Assembly: GCA_963666215.2 (NCBI GenBank)
Contig: CAXWPL010000002.1
Coordinates: 480,001 to 544,000, forward strand
Length of the DNA: 64,000 nucleotides
Reading direction: 5' to 3'
Origin: Acidobacteriota bacterium
GTDB lineage: Bacteria; Acidobacteriota; UBA890; WLXD01
Shown: piece by piece, positions 19,678-30,915 of the stretch
Layout: each line of letters begins with the position of its first letter
Numbering within the stretch: the first letter of the stretch is position 1
Position numbers and translations under genes: made by a program
Notes under the pieces: model-generated
What the model saw: the letters and a program-made list of their open reading frames with translations, nothing else
Told to the model about the DNA's origin: nothing
Databases searched by the model: none

Positions 19678-19796
19678 ACATGTCTTCGACGGTTGCGTCG
19701 CCGACCGCCGACCCCTGCTAAAGTCGTCGTGATCTGGACTTCCGCAGGCCCGCCGCCGCCATTTCGTGGCGGCCATCGTGTGCTGGAGAGTGGCTC

Positions 19797-20294
19797 TTGA
19801 GAGCGATTTACCCGGGCTCGTTCGATCCTGTTACCAACGGTCACCTCGACCTCATTCAGCGCGCCCGAGCCCTGTTCGACGAGGTGATCGTGGTGATTCT
19901 GAACAATCCGCGTAAGGTGGCCTCGTTTCCGCTCGACGAGCGCTTGGCGATGCTCGAGGAGCTGCTCGGCGACGGAGACGACATCCGCGTCATGGCTTTC
20001 GACGGGTTGCTGGTGCAATTCGCACGAGACCAAGGGGCGCAGGTGATCGTGCGCGGGCTCCGTGCGGTGAGCGACTTTGAGCTCGAGTTCCAGATGGCGC
20101 TGATGAATCGCCAGCTCGCCGAGGAGATCGAGACGTTGTTCATGGTGCCGCGCGAGGACTACACGTACGTCTCTTCCAGCCTCATCAAAGAAATCTCCTC
20201 GCACGGCGGCTCGGTGGAGGGACTGGTGCCGCCGCTCGTCGAAGACCACCTGCGCGGATTGTCAGGAAAATCCGATGACCCCGAATCTCGCTAG
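19797..20294 (+). CDS. coaD: Pantetheine-phosphate adenylyltransferase
   Basis: AIYPGSFDPVTNGH, RGLRAVSDFE, SSS; TTG start with GGAG RBS. Confidence 0.97.
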   Translation: MRAIYPGSFDPVTNGHLDLIQRARALFDEVIVVILNNPRKVASFPLDERLAMLEELLGDGDDIRVMAFDGLLVQFARDQGAQVIVRGLRAVSDFELEFQMALMNRQLAEEIETLFMVPREDYTYVSSSLIKEISSHGGSVEGLVPPLVEDHLRGLSGKSDDPESR

Positions 20295-21513
20295 TCCAGA
20301 CAATCCAGATCGTCCGGACAGGCCCGATCCTCTGCGACTCAGCCAGCGCAGCCAGAGCATCGGGGTCTCCGCGACGTGGGCGGCCGGAGCCAAAGCCGCC
20401 CAGCTGCGCCGCGATGGGGTGGAGGTTTTCGATCTGGGGCCCGGCGAGCCCGACTTTCCGACGCCCGCGCATGTGTGCGAGGCGGCGCAGCGCGCCATCA
20501 TCGACGGCAAGACGCGCTACACCCCTGCCGCCGGCGTGCCCGAGCTGCGCGAAGCGGTGGCGGCGATGTACACCGAGCGCGAGGGCGTCGAGTATTCCGG
20601 CCAGGAAACGATCGTCACCTGCGGCGGCAAGCAAGGGCTGTACAGCGCGGTAATGACGCTCGTTGATCCGGGTGACGAGGTCGTGATTCCGACGCCGTAC
20701 TGGGTGACCTTCCCGGAGCAGGTGCGGCTCGCCGGTGGCATCCCGGTTTTCGTCGACGCCGCCGAGGAGGACGGATTCGCCCTGCGCGCCGAGGTCGTGC
20801 TGGCAGCCTGCACTGACGCCACCCGACTGATCGTGCTCAACAGCCCCGGCAATCCCAGCGGCGCGGTGATGGCACGGCGCGAGCTCGAGCGCATCGCGGG
20901 CTTCGCGCTGGAGCGCAGCATCACGATCCTGTTCGACGAGTGCTACGCCGACTTTGTCTACGACGATGCCGAGCACGTCACGCCGCTCGCCCTGGGCCGC
21001 GATGCGAAGGCGGTGACGGTGATCTGCGGCTCCTGCTCGAAGACCCACGCGATGACGGGATGGCGCATTGGTTATGTCGCCGGGCCGCGGCACATTGTCG
21101 ACGCGATGCTGAAGCTGCAAACCCACATGACGTCGAACGCAACGTCGATCAGCCAGTGGGCCGCGCTTGCCGCGCTCACCGGCGACCCGGAGCCCAGCCG
21201 ACGCATGGTCACGACATTTGGCGAACGGCGTCATGCCATCCTGCCTCGCCTCCGTGCTCTTCCGGGCGTCAGCTGCACGGAGCCGAAGGGTGCCTTCTAC
21301 GTCTTCCCGAACGTCTCGAAGCTGCTCCGTGGAACGGTGCCCACATCGAGCGATTTGACGAACCTGTTGATCGACAAGGCTCAGGTCGTGACCGTCCCTG
21401 GAGCTGCCTTCGGTCGGGAGGGTTACCTGCGCCTGTCGTTTGCCACGTCGATGGAGACTCTCGAGACGGCGATCGACCGGATGGGGCAGGTGTTCGCAGA
21501 CCTGGTCGCGTAA
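20275..21513 (+). CDS. PLP-dependent class I (aspartate-type) aminotransferase
   Basis: GEPDF.TP, NSPGNPSG, DECY, SKTHAMTGWRIGY, GAFY, LRLSFA. Confidence 0.93.
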   Translation: MTPNLASPDNPDRPDRPDPLRLSQRSQSIGVSATWAAGAKAAQLRRDGVEVFDLGPGEPDFPTPAHVCEAAQRAIIDGKTRYTPAAGVPELREAVAAMYTEREGVEYSGQETIVTCGGKQGLYSAVMTLVDPGDEVVIPTPYWVTFPEQVRLAGGIPVFVDAAEEDGFALRAEVVLAACTDATRLIVLNSPGNPSGAVMARRELERIAGFALERSITILFDECYADFVYDDAEHVTPLALGRDAKAVTVICGSCSKTHAMTGWRIGYVAGPRHIVDAMLKLQTHMTSNATSISQWAALAALTGDPEPSRRMVTTFGERRHAILPRLRALPGVSCTEPKGAFYVFPNVSKLLRGTVPTSSDLTNLLIDKAQVVTVPGAAFGREGYLRLSFATSMETLETAIDRMGQVFADLVA

Positions 21514-21558
21514 TCTGGGCACTCTCGAAAGAGCTGGCGCGACCTCGAACGGTTTCGT

Positions 21559-22488
21559 GTGAAAATGGCCTTCGAGCCAGGGGCCGGGGCAGGAGAGGAT
21601 CTCGTGGGCGAGACCACACATATCAGCGCGCTGGGGCACAAGCGCTCCCTGACCCCGATCCGCATCGACGCCGAAGCGAAAGCCACGTACGAGCGCTTCT
21701 TTGGCGAGCTCGCCGAGCGCTTCGACGATCCTGAGCTGGACGACAACGACACCGTGCGCGACGTCCTCGCGGCGATCTACGGGCTTGATCTCGACCTCGA
21801 GAGCGGGCCACCGTCGGATTCCGATGCGTCAGGCGGCGATAGCTGTGTTGACGCGGCGACGGCGGCGTTCCGGGCCGGGTTTGATCCGCGGAACGTGACT
21901 CTGGAGCCGGAGTACTACTCCGACTGCGACCGCGAGAAGTACCTCGCCCGCAAACCGCTGATTTGGCTGTGGATCATGTTCGACCGCTCACCGCTGGGCC
22001 ACAACGTGTACCTCGGCACCCAGCTGCGGGCCCTGCTCGCCAAGCGCATCTTCAGGAGCTGCGGCGACAACGTCCGCATCTTCCGTGACGTCGAGTTCAC
22101 CTACGGCTACAACCTCTCGGTGGGTGACAACGTGATCATCCATCACCACGTCTTCATTGACGATCGTGGAGAGGTGATCATCCACGACGGTAGCAGCCTG
22201 TCGGACTACGCCAACGTTTACTCGCACAGTCATTCGATTGAAGACATCCAGGACGTCTCGTTGGCACGCACGGAGATCGGTCCCCACGCTCGTGTGACCT
22301 ACCACTCGACGGTGCTGTCGGGAGTGCGGATTGGTGAGGACGCCATGTTGGGCTCTCACGGCCTGGCGACTCGCGACGTGCCGGACCACGCGGTGAGCGG
22401 CGGCGTGCCCGCCCGCGAGCTGGCCCGCAAGTCGGGGAAGGGGCCGCGGACGAAGTCGTACGTGCCGCGCTCAGGCGTCGACAAGTAA
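21559..22488 (+). CDS. Left-handed beta-helix (hexapeptide repeat) acyltransferase with large N-terminal domain
   Basis: CGDNVRIF...[10 protein letters not shown]...IGEDAMLG...[13 protein letters not shown]. Confidence 0.8.
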   Translation: MKMAFEPGAGAGEDLVGETTHISALGHKRSLTPIRIDAEAKATYERFFGELAERFDDPELDDNDTVRDVLAAIYGLDLDLESGPPSDSDASGGDSCVDAATAAFRAGFDPRNVTLEPEYYSDCDREKYLARKPLIWLWIMFDRSPLGHNVYLGTQLRALLAKRIFRSCGDNVRIFRDVEFTYGYNLSVGDNVIIHHHVFIDDRGEVIIHDGSSLSDYANVYSHSHSIEDIQDVSLARTEIGPHARVTYHSTVLSGVRIGEDAMLGSHGLATRDVPDHAVSGGVPARELARKSGKGPRTKSYVPRSGVDK

Positions 22489-22498
22489 GGCGGCGCCG

Positions 22499-24682
22499 AT
22501 GGCACCTCAGACTCCGCATGCACCCGCGCACGGGGAGAGCGACGCAGAGGCTGGCGCGTCGCCCGAGATGGGCGTCAGCACGGCCTCCGCGACCTCCGAG
22601 CAAGCCGCCACGGTTCCCACTACAACCGCCGAGCCGGCCTCGCTGCCCGATCCGCCGCTGCTGGGGGAGGAGCTCGTCCTGCATGCTCCGTTCGAGCCGC
22701 AAGGGGATCAGCCAGCCGCGATCGCGCAGCTTTGCGACGGGCTCGACGCCGGACTGGCGCACCAGGTGCTGCTGGGTGTCACGGGCTCGGGCAAGACGTT
22801 CACGATGGCCAAGATCATCGAGACGTTGCAGCGACCGGCGCTGGTGATTGCGCACAACAAAACTCTCGCGGCCCAGCTCTTTCAAGAATTCCGCGAGTAC
22901 TTTCCGCGCAACGCGGTCGAGTACTTCGTCTCCTACTACGACTACTACCAGCCCGAGGCCTACGTTCCGTCCACCGACACGTACATCGCCAAGGAGACGC
23001 TGATCAACGAGGAGATCGACCGCATGCGGCACTCGGCCACACGGTCGCTGTGGAGTCGCCGTGATGTGGTCATTGTCGCCTCGGTGTCGTGCATCTACGG
23101 CCTCGGCGCGCCGGAGTCGTACTACGGCCTCATGTTCACGCTGACAGTCGGCGATGAGCTCGACCGGCAGGTGTTTCTTCGCCGCCTTGTCGACCTGCAC
23201 TACCGGCGCACCTCCAGCGAGCTCGAACGCGGTACCTTCCGAGTGCGCGGCGACGTGGTGGAGGTGCTGCCGAGCTTCGGTGAGGAGGCGGTGCGTGTCA
23301 CCTTCGACGACGACCGGATCGAAGCACTGGCCGATATCGATCCGCTTCTCGGCCATGTGCTCGAGCGCCGCAGCAGCCTCGGCGTTTTTCCGGCCTCTCA
23401 CTACGTGACCACCGCCGACCGACGGCTCGATGCGATCGAGACGATCAAGCAGGAGCTCGACGAACATCTCCAGGTCCTGCAGCACGAGGGCAAGATGCTC
23501 GAGGCTCAACGGCTGCACCAGCGCACGATGTACGACCTGGAGATGATGCAGACGGTCGGCTACTGCCACGGCATCGAGAACTACTCGCGCCACCTGACCG
23601 GGAGGGCGCCCGGCGAGCCACCGCCGAACCTGATCGAGTACCTGCCCGACGACCATCTGTTGCTGATCGACGAGAGCCACATGACCGTGCCGCAGCTGCG
23701 CGGCATGTATGTGGGGGACCGTTCGCGCAAGAGCACGCTCGTCGAGCACGGCTTCAGGTTGCCTTCAGCACTCGACAACCGGCCGCTGGCATTCGACGAG
23801 TTCGAAGCGGCGGTGGGTCAGACCATCTACGTATCCGCTACACCCGGGCCCTACGAGTACGACCGGCTCGCCCGCAGCGGCGTCAAGCCGGCCGAACAGA
23901 TCATCCGGCCGACCGGGCTGACCGATCCGGAGATCGAAGTGCGGCCAGCGAGCACCCAGGTCGACGATCTCCTCGCGGAGGTGAGAGATCGAGCCGCGCG
24001 TAACGAGCGTTGCATCATCACGACCCTCACCAAGCGCATGGCCGAGGAGCTGACGACCTACTACGTCGACCTCGGAGTCAAGGTGCGTTATCTGCACAGC
24101 GACGTCGACACGCTTGATCGCGTCAAGCTGCTGCGCGACTTCCGCCGCGGCGACTTTGATGTGGTGGTTGGCGTCAACCTGTTGCGTGAAGGCCTCGATC
24201 TTCCGGAGGTGACGCTGGTGGCTGTTCTCGACGCCGATAAGGAAGGGTTCCTGCGCTCGGCGACCGCGCTCATTCAGACCACCGGCCGAGCCGCTCGTAA
24301 CGTCGATGGCCGGGTGATCTTCTACGCCGAGCGCGTGACCGAGTCGATGCAGAGGGCGATGGACGAGACCGACCGTCGGCGTGCCCGCCAGAAGGTCCAC
24401 AACGAGGCGCACGGGATCGTTCCCGAAACGATCGTCAAGCGGATCTCGGACGAGTTCGGCAAGTTCTTCGCGCGCGATCACACATCTGACAAGCTGTTCG
24501 ACCAGCTGGAACGCGACGAAGCCTCCGCGGAAGGCTCACTCGACATCAAGGCGCTGCACGAGCGCATCAGCGCGCTCGAGAAAGAGATGTTCGAGGCCGC
24601 CGAGAACCTCGAGTTCGAGCGCGCCGCCGAGCTGCGTGATGACGTGCAACGTCTGCGTCAGCGAACCTTGAGATTCGCCTGA
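22499..24682 (+). CDS. uvrB: Excinuclease ABC subunit B
   Basis: [36 protein letters not shown]-terminal UVR domain. Confidence 0.98.
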   Translation: MAPQTPHAPAHGESDAEAGASPEMGVSTASATSEQAATVPTTTAEPASLPDPPLLGEELVLHAPFEPQGDQPAAIAQLCDGLDAGLAHQVLLGVTGSGKTFTMAKIIETLQRPALVIAHNKTLAAQLFQEFREYFPRNAVEYFVSYYDYYQPEAYVPSTDTYIAKETLINEEIDRMRHSATRSLWSRRDVVIVASVSCIYGLGAPESYYGLMFTLTVGDELDRQVFLRRLVDLHYRRTSSELERGTFRVRGDVVEVLPSFGEEAVRVTFDDDRIEALADIDPLLGHVLERRSSLGVFPASHYVTTADRRLDAIETIKQELDEHLQVLQHEGKMLEAQRLHQRTMYDLEMMQTVGYCHGIENYSRHLTGRAPGEPPPNLIEYLPDDHLLLIDESHMTVPQLRGMYVGDRSRKSTLVEHGFRLPSALDNRPLAFDEFEAAVGQTIYVSATPGPYEYDRLARSGVKPAEQIIRPTGLTDPEIEVRPASTQVDDLLAEVRDRAARNERCIITTLTKRMAEELTTYYVDLGVKVRYLHSDVDTLDRVKLLRDFRRGDFDVVVGVNLLREGLDLPEVTLVAVLDADKEGFLRSATALIQTTGRAARNVDGRVIFYAERVTESMQRAMDETDRRRARQKVHNEAHGIVPETIVKRISDEFGKFFARDHTSDKLFDQLERDEASAEGSLDIKALHERISALEKEMFEAAENLEFERAAELRDDVQRLRQRTLRFA

Positions 24683-26634
24683 TGCCCGCCGAGGCCATTG
24701 CACGGATCGTCGACACGCTGCCCGGCAAACCGGGTGTCTACCTCTTCAAGGACGTCCGCGGGCGCACCATTTACGTTGGCAAGGCGCGGCGCATCCGAGA
24801 TCGGGTGCGCTCACATCTGCGTGGTGGCTGGGACGAACGCAAGCAGGCACGGATGCTCGAGGCAGCGGTCGACGTGGAGGTCATCGTCACCGACTCCGAG
24901 GTCGAAGCCCTGGCTCTCGAGAACAGCCTCATCAAGCAGAACCAGCCGCGCTTCAACATCCTGTTACGCGATGACAAGAACCACCCTCACCTGCGGCTTA
25001 CCGAGAGCGAGTCGTTCCCGCGATTGCAGCTTGTCCGTGGACGCGCTCGAGATCGCGATTCGTACTTCGGACCCTATATTCCGGCGTCGCGAGCGCGGCT
25101 GACGCAGATCCTGACCTACCGCAACTTCGGCGTGCGCCCCTGCAACATCGACATCGACGGCTCCTGGGATCGCCCCTGTCTCTACTACGACATCGGTGAG
25201 TGCGCTGGGCCGTGTGTCGAATCGCTCTGCGACCAGCCGCGCTACGCCGAGATCGTCCAGGAGGCCAAGCTTTTCCTGAACGGCCGCCGCGCCGATCTCG
25301 CCGTCGATCTCGAGAGCAAGATGCACCAGGCCGCTTCGGGTCAAGAGTACGAGCGCGCCGCTCACTACCGCGATCTGCTCGACACGGTTCGCGAGAGCGC
25401 CAACGAACAGAAGATAGCCGCCAAGGACCTTGGCGACCGCGATCTGTTCGCCTTTCACCGTGGCGGCGACCGTCGGGATGGCGCGCAGAGCCTCGAGTCG
25501 GTTCAGTCGCCGATGTCCGGGAAGGTGGCTCTGCAGATCTTTCTGGTGCGCCGCGGCCTGGTCGTCGAACGTAAGCAGTTCTTCTGGGACGATGTCGGCG
25601 AGATTGACGACACGGCGCTGCTGACCACGGCGGTGCAGCAGTACTACCACGGCGGCACGGCGATCCCCGCGGAGGTCTGCATTCCGATGCATCTTCCCGA
25701 CGCCGAGGTTCTCGCCAGCTGGCTGAGGGTCGAGCGTGGTGGTGCCGTGCGTCTATTGATTCCGCAGCGAGGCTCGAAGCGCCGGCTCCTCGAGCTCGTC
25801 CGACAGAACGCCGAGCTCGCCTTCAACAACCGCTACTTGGCGGGCGCGGCCCAGCGTGGCGCGGAGGCCTTGCGCGATCTGCTCGATCTCGATTCCCCGC
25901 CGGCGACGATTCGCTGCATCGACGCCTCCAACCTTCAGGGTAGCCAGATTGTCGCCAGTCTGGTCTCCTTCCGCGACGGTCGCGCAGAGAAGTCGGAGTA
26001 CAAGCGGTTCCGTATTCGTGACCTCACTGGGCAGGACGACTTTGCCTCCATCGCGCAGGTCGTACGGCGCTACTTCAAGCGCGTGCGTCAGGGCGAGATC
26101 GATGCCCCCGATCTGCTGTTAATCGACGGCGGCCGGGGTCAGCTTGGGGCGGCGGCGCGTGAGCTCGACGAGCTCGGCATGCAGCAACAACCGCTGGCGG
26201 CGATCGAGAAGGGGGAGGAGAAGCTCTACGTCATGGGTCGGCCTGCGCCGATTCAACTGGCTCCGTCGCCTGACGCGCTGCGCCTTGTCCAGCAGGTGCG
26301 CGACGAGGCACACCGCTTCGCCATCACTTATCATCGGGCTGTTCGCAGCAGGAACATGCTGCATAGCGAGCTCGACGGGATACCCGGGATCGGTGCGAAG
26401 CGACGTGCGGCGTTGCTGCGGCGGTTCGGGTCGGTGCGGGGTGTGCGTGAGGCCGGGATCGATCAGCTGAAGCCTGTGGTAGGTGCACGCCTGGCCGTGC
26501 GCCTTCACGACCTGTTCGGAGCGGACGAATCCGGTGGAACGGCCGCCGAGTTGATGACGATTCGGCCGACAACATCGCCGGAACCGGCTCTTTCATCGGA
26601 ATCGGCTCATTCAGAAGAACCGAGAGGCAAGTAG
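24682..26634 (+). CDS. uvrC: Excinuclease ABC subunit C
   Basis: GIY-YIG PGVY...YVGKA, LRDDK, IDGGRGQ, RDEAHRFA, HhH. Confidence 0.97.
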   Translation: MPAEAIARIVDTLPGKPGVYLFKDVRGRTIYVGKARRIRDRVRSHLRGGWDERKQARMLEAAVDVEVIVTDSEVEALALENSLIKQNQPRFNILLRDDKNHPHLRLTESESFPRLQLVRGRARDRDSYFGPYIPASRARLTQILTYRNFGVRPCNIDIDGSWDRPCLYYDIGECAGPCVESLCDQPRYAEIVQEAKLFLNGRRADLAVDLESKMHQAASGQEYERAAHYRDLLDTVRESANEQKIAAKDLGDRDLFAFHRGGDRRDGAQSLESVQSPMSGKVALQIFLVRRGLVVERKQFFWDDVGEIDDTALLTTAVQQYYHGGTAIPAEVCIPMHLPDAEVLASWLRVERGGAVRLLIPQRGSKRRLLELVRQNAELAFNNRYLAGAAQRGAEALRDLLDLDSPPATIRCIDASNLQGSQIVASLVSFRDGRAEKSEYKRFRIRDLTGQDDFASIAQVVRRYFKRVRQGEIDAPDLLLIDGGRGQLGAAARELDELGMQQQPLAAIEKGEEKLYVMGRPAPIQLAPSPDALRLVQQVRDEAHRFAITYHRAVRSRNMLHSELDGIPGIGAKRRAALLRRFGSVRGVREAGIDQLKPVVGARLAVRLHDLFGADESGGTAAELMTIRPTTSPEPALSSESAHSEEPRGK

Positions 26635-26637
26635 CCC

Positions 26638-27279
26638 ATGGACGTCAGCGCGATCGTCAATCAGGTCATCGCGTTCCTCTTCGCGCTCTCGTTCCACGAG
26701 GCCGCGCATGCCTGGACTGCCGATCGTCTCGGCGACCCGACGGCGCGTGAGCTCGGGCGCGTGACCATGAACCCGCTGGCACACATCGATCCCTTCATGA
26801 CGGTGCTGTTCCCGGCGATGATGATCATGGCCGGTTTGCCGCCGTTCGGGGCGGCGAAGCCGGTGCCCGTCAACACGTCCTACTTGAAGCATCCGAAGCG
26901 GGACCACGCCTGGATTGCCGCCGCCGGGCCCATCAGCAACGTGATTCTCGCGATCGCGAGCTTGATCCTCGTGCGTGCGCTGATCTCGGATTCCTGGCCG
27001 ATGTCGATGGTGCCGGATTCACTCGCAACACCGCTCTTCGGCCTTCTACAGATGTCGCTCATCGTCAACGTCCTGTTGGCCACGTTCAACATGATCCCTA
27101 TACCACCGCTCGACGGCTCTTGGATTCTCACCGCGCTGCTGCCCGAGAAGGTCGAGCGGATCTACGGGGCAATCCGGCCCTACGGCTTCATGCTGCTGGT
27201 GCTGCTGATCTGGTCGGGGATGCTGGGGCAGATCATCCGCCCCGTAATCCGAGTCGCGTTCATGCTGACCGTGCTGTAA
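26638..27279 (+). CDS. Site-2 protease (M50) family membrane protein
   Basis: HEAAH, NPLAHID, AAGP.SN, FNMIPIPPLDG. Confidence 0.93.
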   Translation: MDVSAIVNQVIAFLFALSFHEAAHAWTADRLGDPTARELGRVTMNPLAHIDPFMTVLFPAMMIMAGLPPFGAAKPVPVNTSYLKHPKRDHAWIAAAGPISNVILAIASLILVRALISDSWPMSMVPDSLATPLFGLLQMSLIVNVLLATFNMIPIPPLDGSWILTALLPEKVERIYGAIRPYGFMLLVLLIWSGMLGQIIRPVIRVAFMLTVL

Positions 27280-27281
27280 CG

Positions 27282-28166
27282 ATGACGCTTGCCTCCGAAG
27301 CCTCAGCGCAGTTCGTCGTCCATACCGAGCTCTTCGAGGGGCCGCTCGATCTGTTGCTGCATCACGTGCGCTCCCGTGAAGTCCCGATCGAAGAGCTGCC
27401 GCTTGCCGATATCACCGCCTCGTACCTGAAGACGCTCGAATTCCTGCAGAAGATCGACCTCGAGCCAGCGAGCGAGTTTCTGGATGTTGCGGCAACGCTG
27501 ACGCGGATGAAGGCGCGGTCACTGTTACCTCGTCCCGAGACCGGCGCCGACGCCGAGGCCGCGGCTCTGGAAGAGCAGGAGCTGCTGCAGCGCCTGGTTG
27601 AGCATCAGGTGGTCAGGCTTGCGGCCGAGCAGTTACGCAACCACGAAACGAAGGCCGCGTCGGTATGGTTCCGCGGCGACGCCGAGCCACTGAACGCGAG
27701 CGACGATGAGCCTCAAGTCCTCGAGGCCGACCTGTTCGCCCTCGTGGCCGCTTTCAGAGGGCTTCTCGAAGGGGCGCCAGAGCAACAGGTCATGGCATTC
27801 GCTCGCGAGGAATTTTCGGTGCAAGCGTGTGCCGAGGCGATCCGTGTGCGCTTGGCGTCGGGTGGGCCGGTTCCGTTCGAGGAGCTGTTTGCCCCCGGGG
27901 TGCCGCGCGGCAAGCTGATCGCGACCTTTCTCGCTCTGCTCGATCTCATCCGCGAGGCGGACGCTCGCGCCTTCCAGCAGGGAGCGTGCGGCGCCATCAT
28001 GATCTTCCCGGGTGCCGGGAGGCCGACGAGTGGCGCCTCTGAGACCGAGCCGGCCGAGGTTGCGGCTGTGGGCGAGGCCGGCGTGGTGGCGGCCGCCGAA
28101 GAGGCGATCGAGCTCGACGCTGCCCTCGATGCCGACGGGCCGTCTGTAGACGAGGTCGTGCACTGA
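27282..28166 (+). CDS. scpA: Segregation and condensation protein A (kleisin)
   Basis: FEGPLDLLL, ASEFL..AA.L..MKA..LLP, TFLALLDL. Confidence 0.93.
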   Translation: MTLASEASAQFVVHTELFEGPLDLLLHHVRSREVPIEELPLADITASYLKTLEFLQKIDLEPASEFLDVAATLTRMKARSLLPRPETGADAEAAALEEQELLQRLVEHQVVRLAAEQLRNHETKAASVWFRGDAEPLNASDDEPQVLEADLFALVAAFRGLLEGAPEQQVMAFAREEFSVQACAEAIRVRLASGGPVPFEELFAPGVPRGKLIATFLALLDLIREADARAFQQGACGAIMIFPGAGRPTSGASETEPAEVAAVGEAGVVAAAEEAIELDAALDADGPSVDEVVH

Positions 28167-28167
28167 A

Positions 28168-28929
28168 TTGAGCTCAGACCTGCAAGCAGCGAAAACCGAG
28201 AGCGGCTCGGCGATCGAAATCGAAGCTGGCGACGCCATCGTGGCGGCGGACATCATCCCGACGGTCGAAGCTCTGCTCTATTCGGCCGACGCGCCACTGA
28301 GCGCGATGAACATCGCCGACGTGCTGTACGAGGTTCAGCGGCTGGATGAGGCCATCGCGTCGACTGCGGTGCGTGCAGCGTCACCAGAACCCGGCGGCGA
28401 TGGAGCTTCTTTGTCGGTCGCGCCGCCTGACGGCGAGGACCCCGAGGCGCTCGAGGGCTCCGCTGCATCGGCGACGCCGTGGCGTGAGGCTTGGATCGCC
28501 GTCGTTCACGACGCCTGCAGCCAGCTGGCGCGGCGCTACGAGCGCGAGGGCTCGGCGCTGCAGGTCGTTGAGGTTGCGAGCGGCTATCGCCTGGGCACAC
28601 GACCCTCGTTCGACCCATGGGTTCGCGTGGCGCGACGCGTCGACCGCCGCTCGCGGCTTTCGGTGCCCTTGCTCGAGACGCTGGCGGTGGTCGCCTACAG
28701 GCAGCCCGTCACCAGCGCCGAGATCGGTGCGATACGCGGGCGCGATCCGTCGTCGGTGTTGAGACGCCTGCGCGAGCTCGGCCTGCTGCGGATTGCGGGA
28801 CGCAAGCGCACGGTCGGACGTCCGTTCACATTCGGTACCACCGAGGCTTTTCTGGAGCTCTTCGGCCTGCGCGACCTGACGGAGCTACCGGCGCCCGAAG
28901 AGTTTCAGGAGCTCCTCGAAGCGGGTTGA
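28168..28929 (+). CDS. scpB: SMC-Scp complex subunit ScpB
   Basis: EALLY, VASGYRL, LETLAVVAYRQPVT, GRP..FGTT..FL..FGL..L.ELP. Confidence 0.93.
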   Translation: MSSDLQAAKTESGSAIEIEAGDAIVAADIIPTVEALLYSADAPLSAMNIADVLYEVQRLDEAIASTAVRAASPEPGGDGASLSVAPPDGEDPEALEGSAASATPWREAWIAVVHDACSQLARRYEREGSALQVVEVASGYRLGTRPSFDPWVRVARRVDRRSRLSVPLLETLAVVAYRQPVTSAEIGAIRGRDPSSVLRRLRELGLLRIAGRKRTVGRPFTFGTTEAFLELFGLRDLTELPAPEEFQELLEAG

Positions 28930-29834
28930 GCGAGGCTGAGCTGCCCGGCTCGCCGGGCCCGCCGAGCCTGAAGACTTCGCAGGGGCCGGAAGGGCCGCGA
29001 CGGTTGCAACGTCTGATTGCCGGCGCTGGCGTTGCGTCGCGCCGCAAGGCCGAGGAACTTCTGGTTGCCGGCCGTGTAACCGTGAATGGTGTGGTGGTTC
29101 GTGAGCTTGGCACCCGGGCGGACCTTGCGGTCGACCGCGTTGAGGTCGACGGCCGGCGGTTGATGCCCGAAGAGATCGTGGTTCTAGCACTCCACAAGCC
29201 GCGCGGCGTGGTGACGTCAGTGAGCGATCCTCACGCCACGCGCACGGCGATCGATCTTGTCGCTGGTGACTTTGAGCAGCGTCTTTATCCCGCAGGTCGT
29301 CTCGACAAGGACAGCGAGGGATTGTTGATTGTCACCAACGACGGCGAGCTCACTCACGCGATCACGCGTCCGGGCGGCCTTCTCGACAAGGAGTACCAGG
29401 TGCAGGTCGACCGGGCGCTGAGCGCCGCGGAGATCCAGCAGCTCAGCGGCGGCATGCTGCTCGGCGGACAGCAATTGCTGCCGTGCTCGATCCGGCGTTG
29501 CTCGCGCGGCGGCCTGCAGCGGCCTCTCGCTCTGTGGACGGCCGTCAGCCCCGAGGCGATGTCGAAATCGAAGGCCGGAGCTGCCCGCAATCGAGAGCTT
29601 GTCGTGTACCGGATACTGCTGCACGAGGGCAAGAATCGGCAGATTCGTCGTATGTTCCGGGCTTGCCGCCGACGCGTGCAGCGGCTCGTGCGCGTGCGCA
29701 TCGGCCCGCTGCGGCTCGGCGATTTGCGCTCGGGGTGCCACCGCCGGATCTCGGGAAGCGAGTTGGCGACTCTCCGACGCAGCTGCGGTCTGCCGGTTCA
29801 TGCAGATGGCGGGCAGCGGAGGGTAGGCTCATGA
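28926..29834 (+). CDS. rluB: RluB/RsuA-family pseudouridine synthase
   Basis: S4 domain (ASRRKAEE...GRV.VNG), HKPRG, GRLDKDSEGLL, HEGKNRQIRRM; start uncertain. Confidence 0.88.
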   Translation: MSEAELPGSPGPPSLKTSQGPEGPRRLQRLIAGAGVASRRKAEELLVAGRVTVNGVVVRELGTRADLAVDRVEVDGRRLMPEEIVVLALHKPRGVVTSVSDPHATRTAIDLVAGDFEQRLYPAGRLDKDSEGLLIVTNDGELTHAITRPGGLLDKEYQVQVDRALSAAEIQQLSGGMLLGGQQLLPCSIRRCSRGGLQRPLALWTAVSPEAMSKSKAGAARNRELVVYRILLHEGKNRQIRRMFRACRRRVQRLVRVRIGPLRLGDLRSGCHRRISGSELATLRRSCGLPVHADGGQRRVGS

Positions 29835-30544
29835 CCCCACGGCGAGAAGGCCCGGAGCGCAATCCGAGAATCGCCATCGATGGGCCGAGCGGTGCGGGCA
29901 AGTCGACACTGGCACGCGCACTCTCGCAGCGCTTGAAGGTGCCCTACGTTGATACGGGAGCGATGTACCGCGCCGTGGCCTGGGTGTGGCAGCAGCTCCA
30001 ACCTCGGCCCGATCTCGGCTCCGATGACGGGCCCAACGAGTTGGTCGACGCGGCACGCTCGCGTTTGAGCTTCCGCTGCGCGCCTGGATCGTTCGCCGTC
30101 ATCTGCGACGGCGACGATGTCACCGAGCAGTTGCGTTCACCGGAGGTGGGACTGCACGCCTCACAGGTCGCGGCGCTGCCACAGGTGAGGGCGTGGTTGG
30201 CACCTCGTCAACGCGAGTTGGCGGCGGCTGGCGGGGTGGTGGAGGGGCGCGACATCGGAACCGTGGTGATGGCCGACGCCGACGTCAAGTTCTTCGTTAC
30301 GGCGACCGAATCGGAGCGTCTGCGGCGGCGAGCGGCGCAGCTGGGCGTTACAGGCGTGCCTGAGAGCGCCGCCGCGGTGACAGCGGATGTTCGCGATCGC
30401 GATCATCGCGATCGGACGCGAGCCACGTCGCCACTGCAGCGCGCGCTCGACGCGGTGCCGGTGGACACGAGCGAAGAGGCTGTCGACGCGAGCGTACGGC
30501 GACTCCTCGCCGTGATCGACAAACGCCTCGCACAGCGCGGCTAG
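29831..30544 (+). CDS. cmk: Cytidylate kinase
   Basis: IAIDGPSGAGKST, DTGAMYR, EGRDIGTVV, RD..D..R..SPL. Confidence 0.96.
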   Translation: MTPRREGPERNPRIAIDGPSGAGKSTLARALSQRLKVPYVDTGAMYRAVAWVWQQLQPRPDLGSDDGPNELVDAARSRLSFRCAPGSFAVICDGDDVTEQLRSPEVGLHASQVAALPQVRAWLAPRQRELAAAGGVVEGRDIGTVVMADADVKFFVTATESERLRRRAAQLGVTGVPESAAAVTADVRDRDHRDRTRATSPLQRALDAVPVDTSEEAVDASVRRLLAVIDKRLAQRG

Positions 30545-30639
30545 CGCCTTCGAGTGCCTGCGATCGGCCTTGGCAAGGAGTGGGTGGGCGTGGGTGTCCA
30601 TAGTGACTTTCCTTAGCGTCGCAGCAGGCGTTTCTCGCG

Positions 30640-30668
30640 TTGACACTCGACCTGGTCGCGCCTAACAT
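30640..30668 (+). promoter_or_regulatory. Sigma70 promoter upstream of rpsA
   Basis: TTGACA-17 bp-TAACAT. Confidence 0.8.
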
Positions 30669-30915
30669 TAGCAGCCTACTCGAAAGGCTCGTGGGGAACG
30701 TATGCTCCGGGGCCTTGGTGTGCCTACAGGTCGGTCACGAGCGGACGGCTTGTCGAGCACGCCCAGCTCACGTCGGACACGCCGAGCACGGCCGCGGAAT
30801 GCGCGTCTGCGATGGTGCCCGTGTCGCGAGGCCTCACACGAGGCTTTGAAGACTCCCAAGGAATCGCGCGCCTAACGCAGTGATCGCCAGTCGGTCAGGA
30901 GATCAACCTCAAACC

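Noticed and set aside
22178-23749. 523-aa minus-strand ORF, and similar ORFs opposite rpsA, clpC, bamA and ybdK
   Set aside because: Codon-mirrored antisense frames of well-supported genes.
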